Source of the DNA: Oscillospiraceae bacterium | GTDB taxonomy: Bacteria > Bacillota > Clostridia > Oscillospirales > CAG-272 | Direction of reading: 5' to 3' | Assembly: GCA_015065365.1 (NCBI GenBank) | Contig: SVQL01000003.1 | Location: 1 to 45,617, forward strand | Length of the DNA stretch: 45,617 nucleotides | In this document: in pieces, positions 45,617-45,617 of the stretch | Layout of the letters: the number at the start of each line of letters is the position of its first letter | How positions within the stretch are numbered: the first letter of the stretch is position 1 | Program-made: the position numbers and the translations under genes | The notes under the pieces: model-generated | Told to the model about the DNA's origin: nothing | The model's input: only the letters and a program-made list of their open reading frames with translations | Databases searched by the model: none

Positions 45617-45617
45617 G

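Overview
Core-genome window from a spore-forming Clostridia (probably an Oscillospirales-type gut or rumen lineage; this is inferred from gene content and order). I saw no integrase, transposase, CRISPR array, rRNA or prophage. Contents in order: the 3' part of secA and two related membrane proteins; a small ORF converging on tRNA-Leu(CAA); alr; a split ruv locus (DUF951-yfhO-ruvA-ruvB divergent from ruvC); methyltransferase-ecfA1A2T-truA; DUF5711-hypothetical-pgsA-clpE-like-P-type-ATPase-like-ylmC; rpsB-tsf; nfnAB; trmH-proC-spoIIM-like-DUF624; spoIIID; a flavodoxin-fold protein; apgM-lepB-ylqF-rnhB-yraN-thrC; DUF1540; a metallophosphoesterase; tig-clpP-clpX; an AT-rich orphan; and a pair of CobW/COG0523-type genes. 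The best candidate for an undescribed system is an intact 908-aa P-type ATPase homologue that has lost every catalytic motif (TGES, PEGL, DKTGT, DPPR, TGD, GDGxND). It starts 2 nt after a Zn-finger Clp ATPase and lies downstream of a perfect sigma-A promoter hidden inside the DUF5711 gene. The next candidates are the secA-linked pair of PDxxGY-repeat membrane proteins, a forespore-type small ORF with a structured leader, an apparently FMN-less flavodoxin fold, and the CobW pair. All family calls come from recognising motifs by eye; no searches were run.
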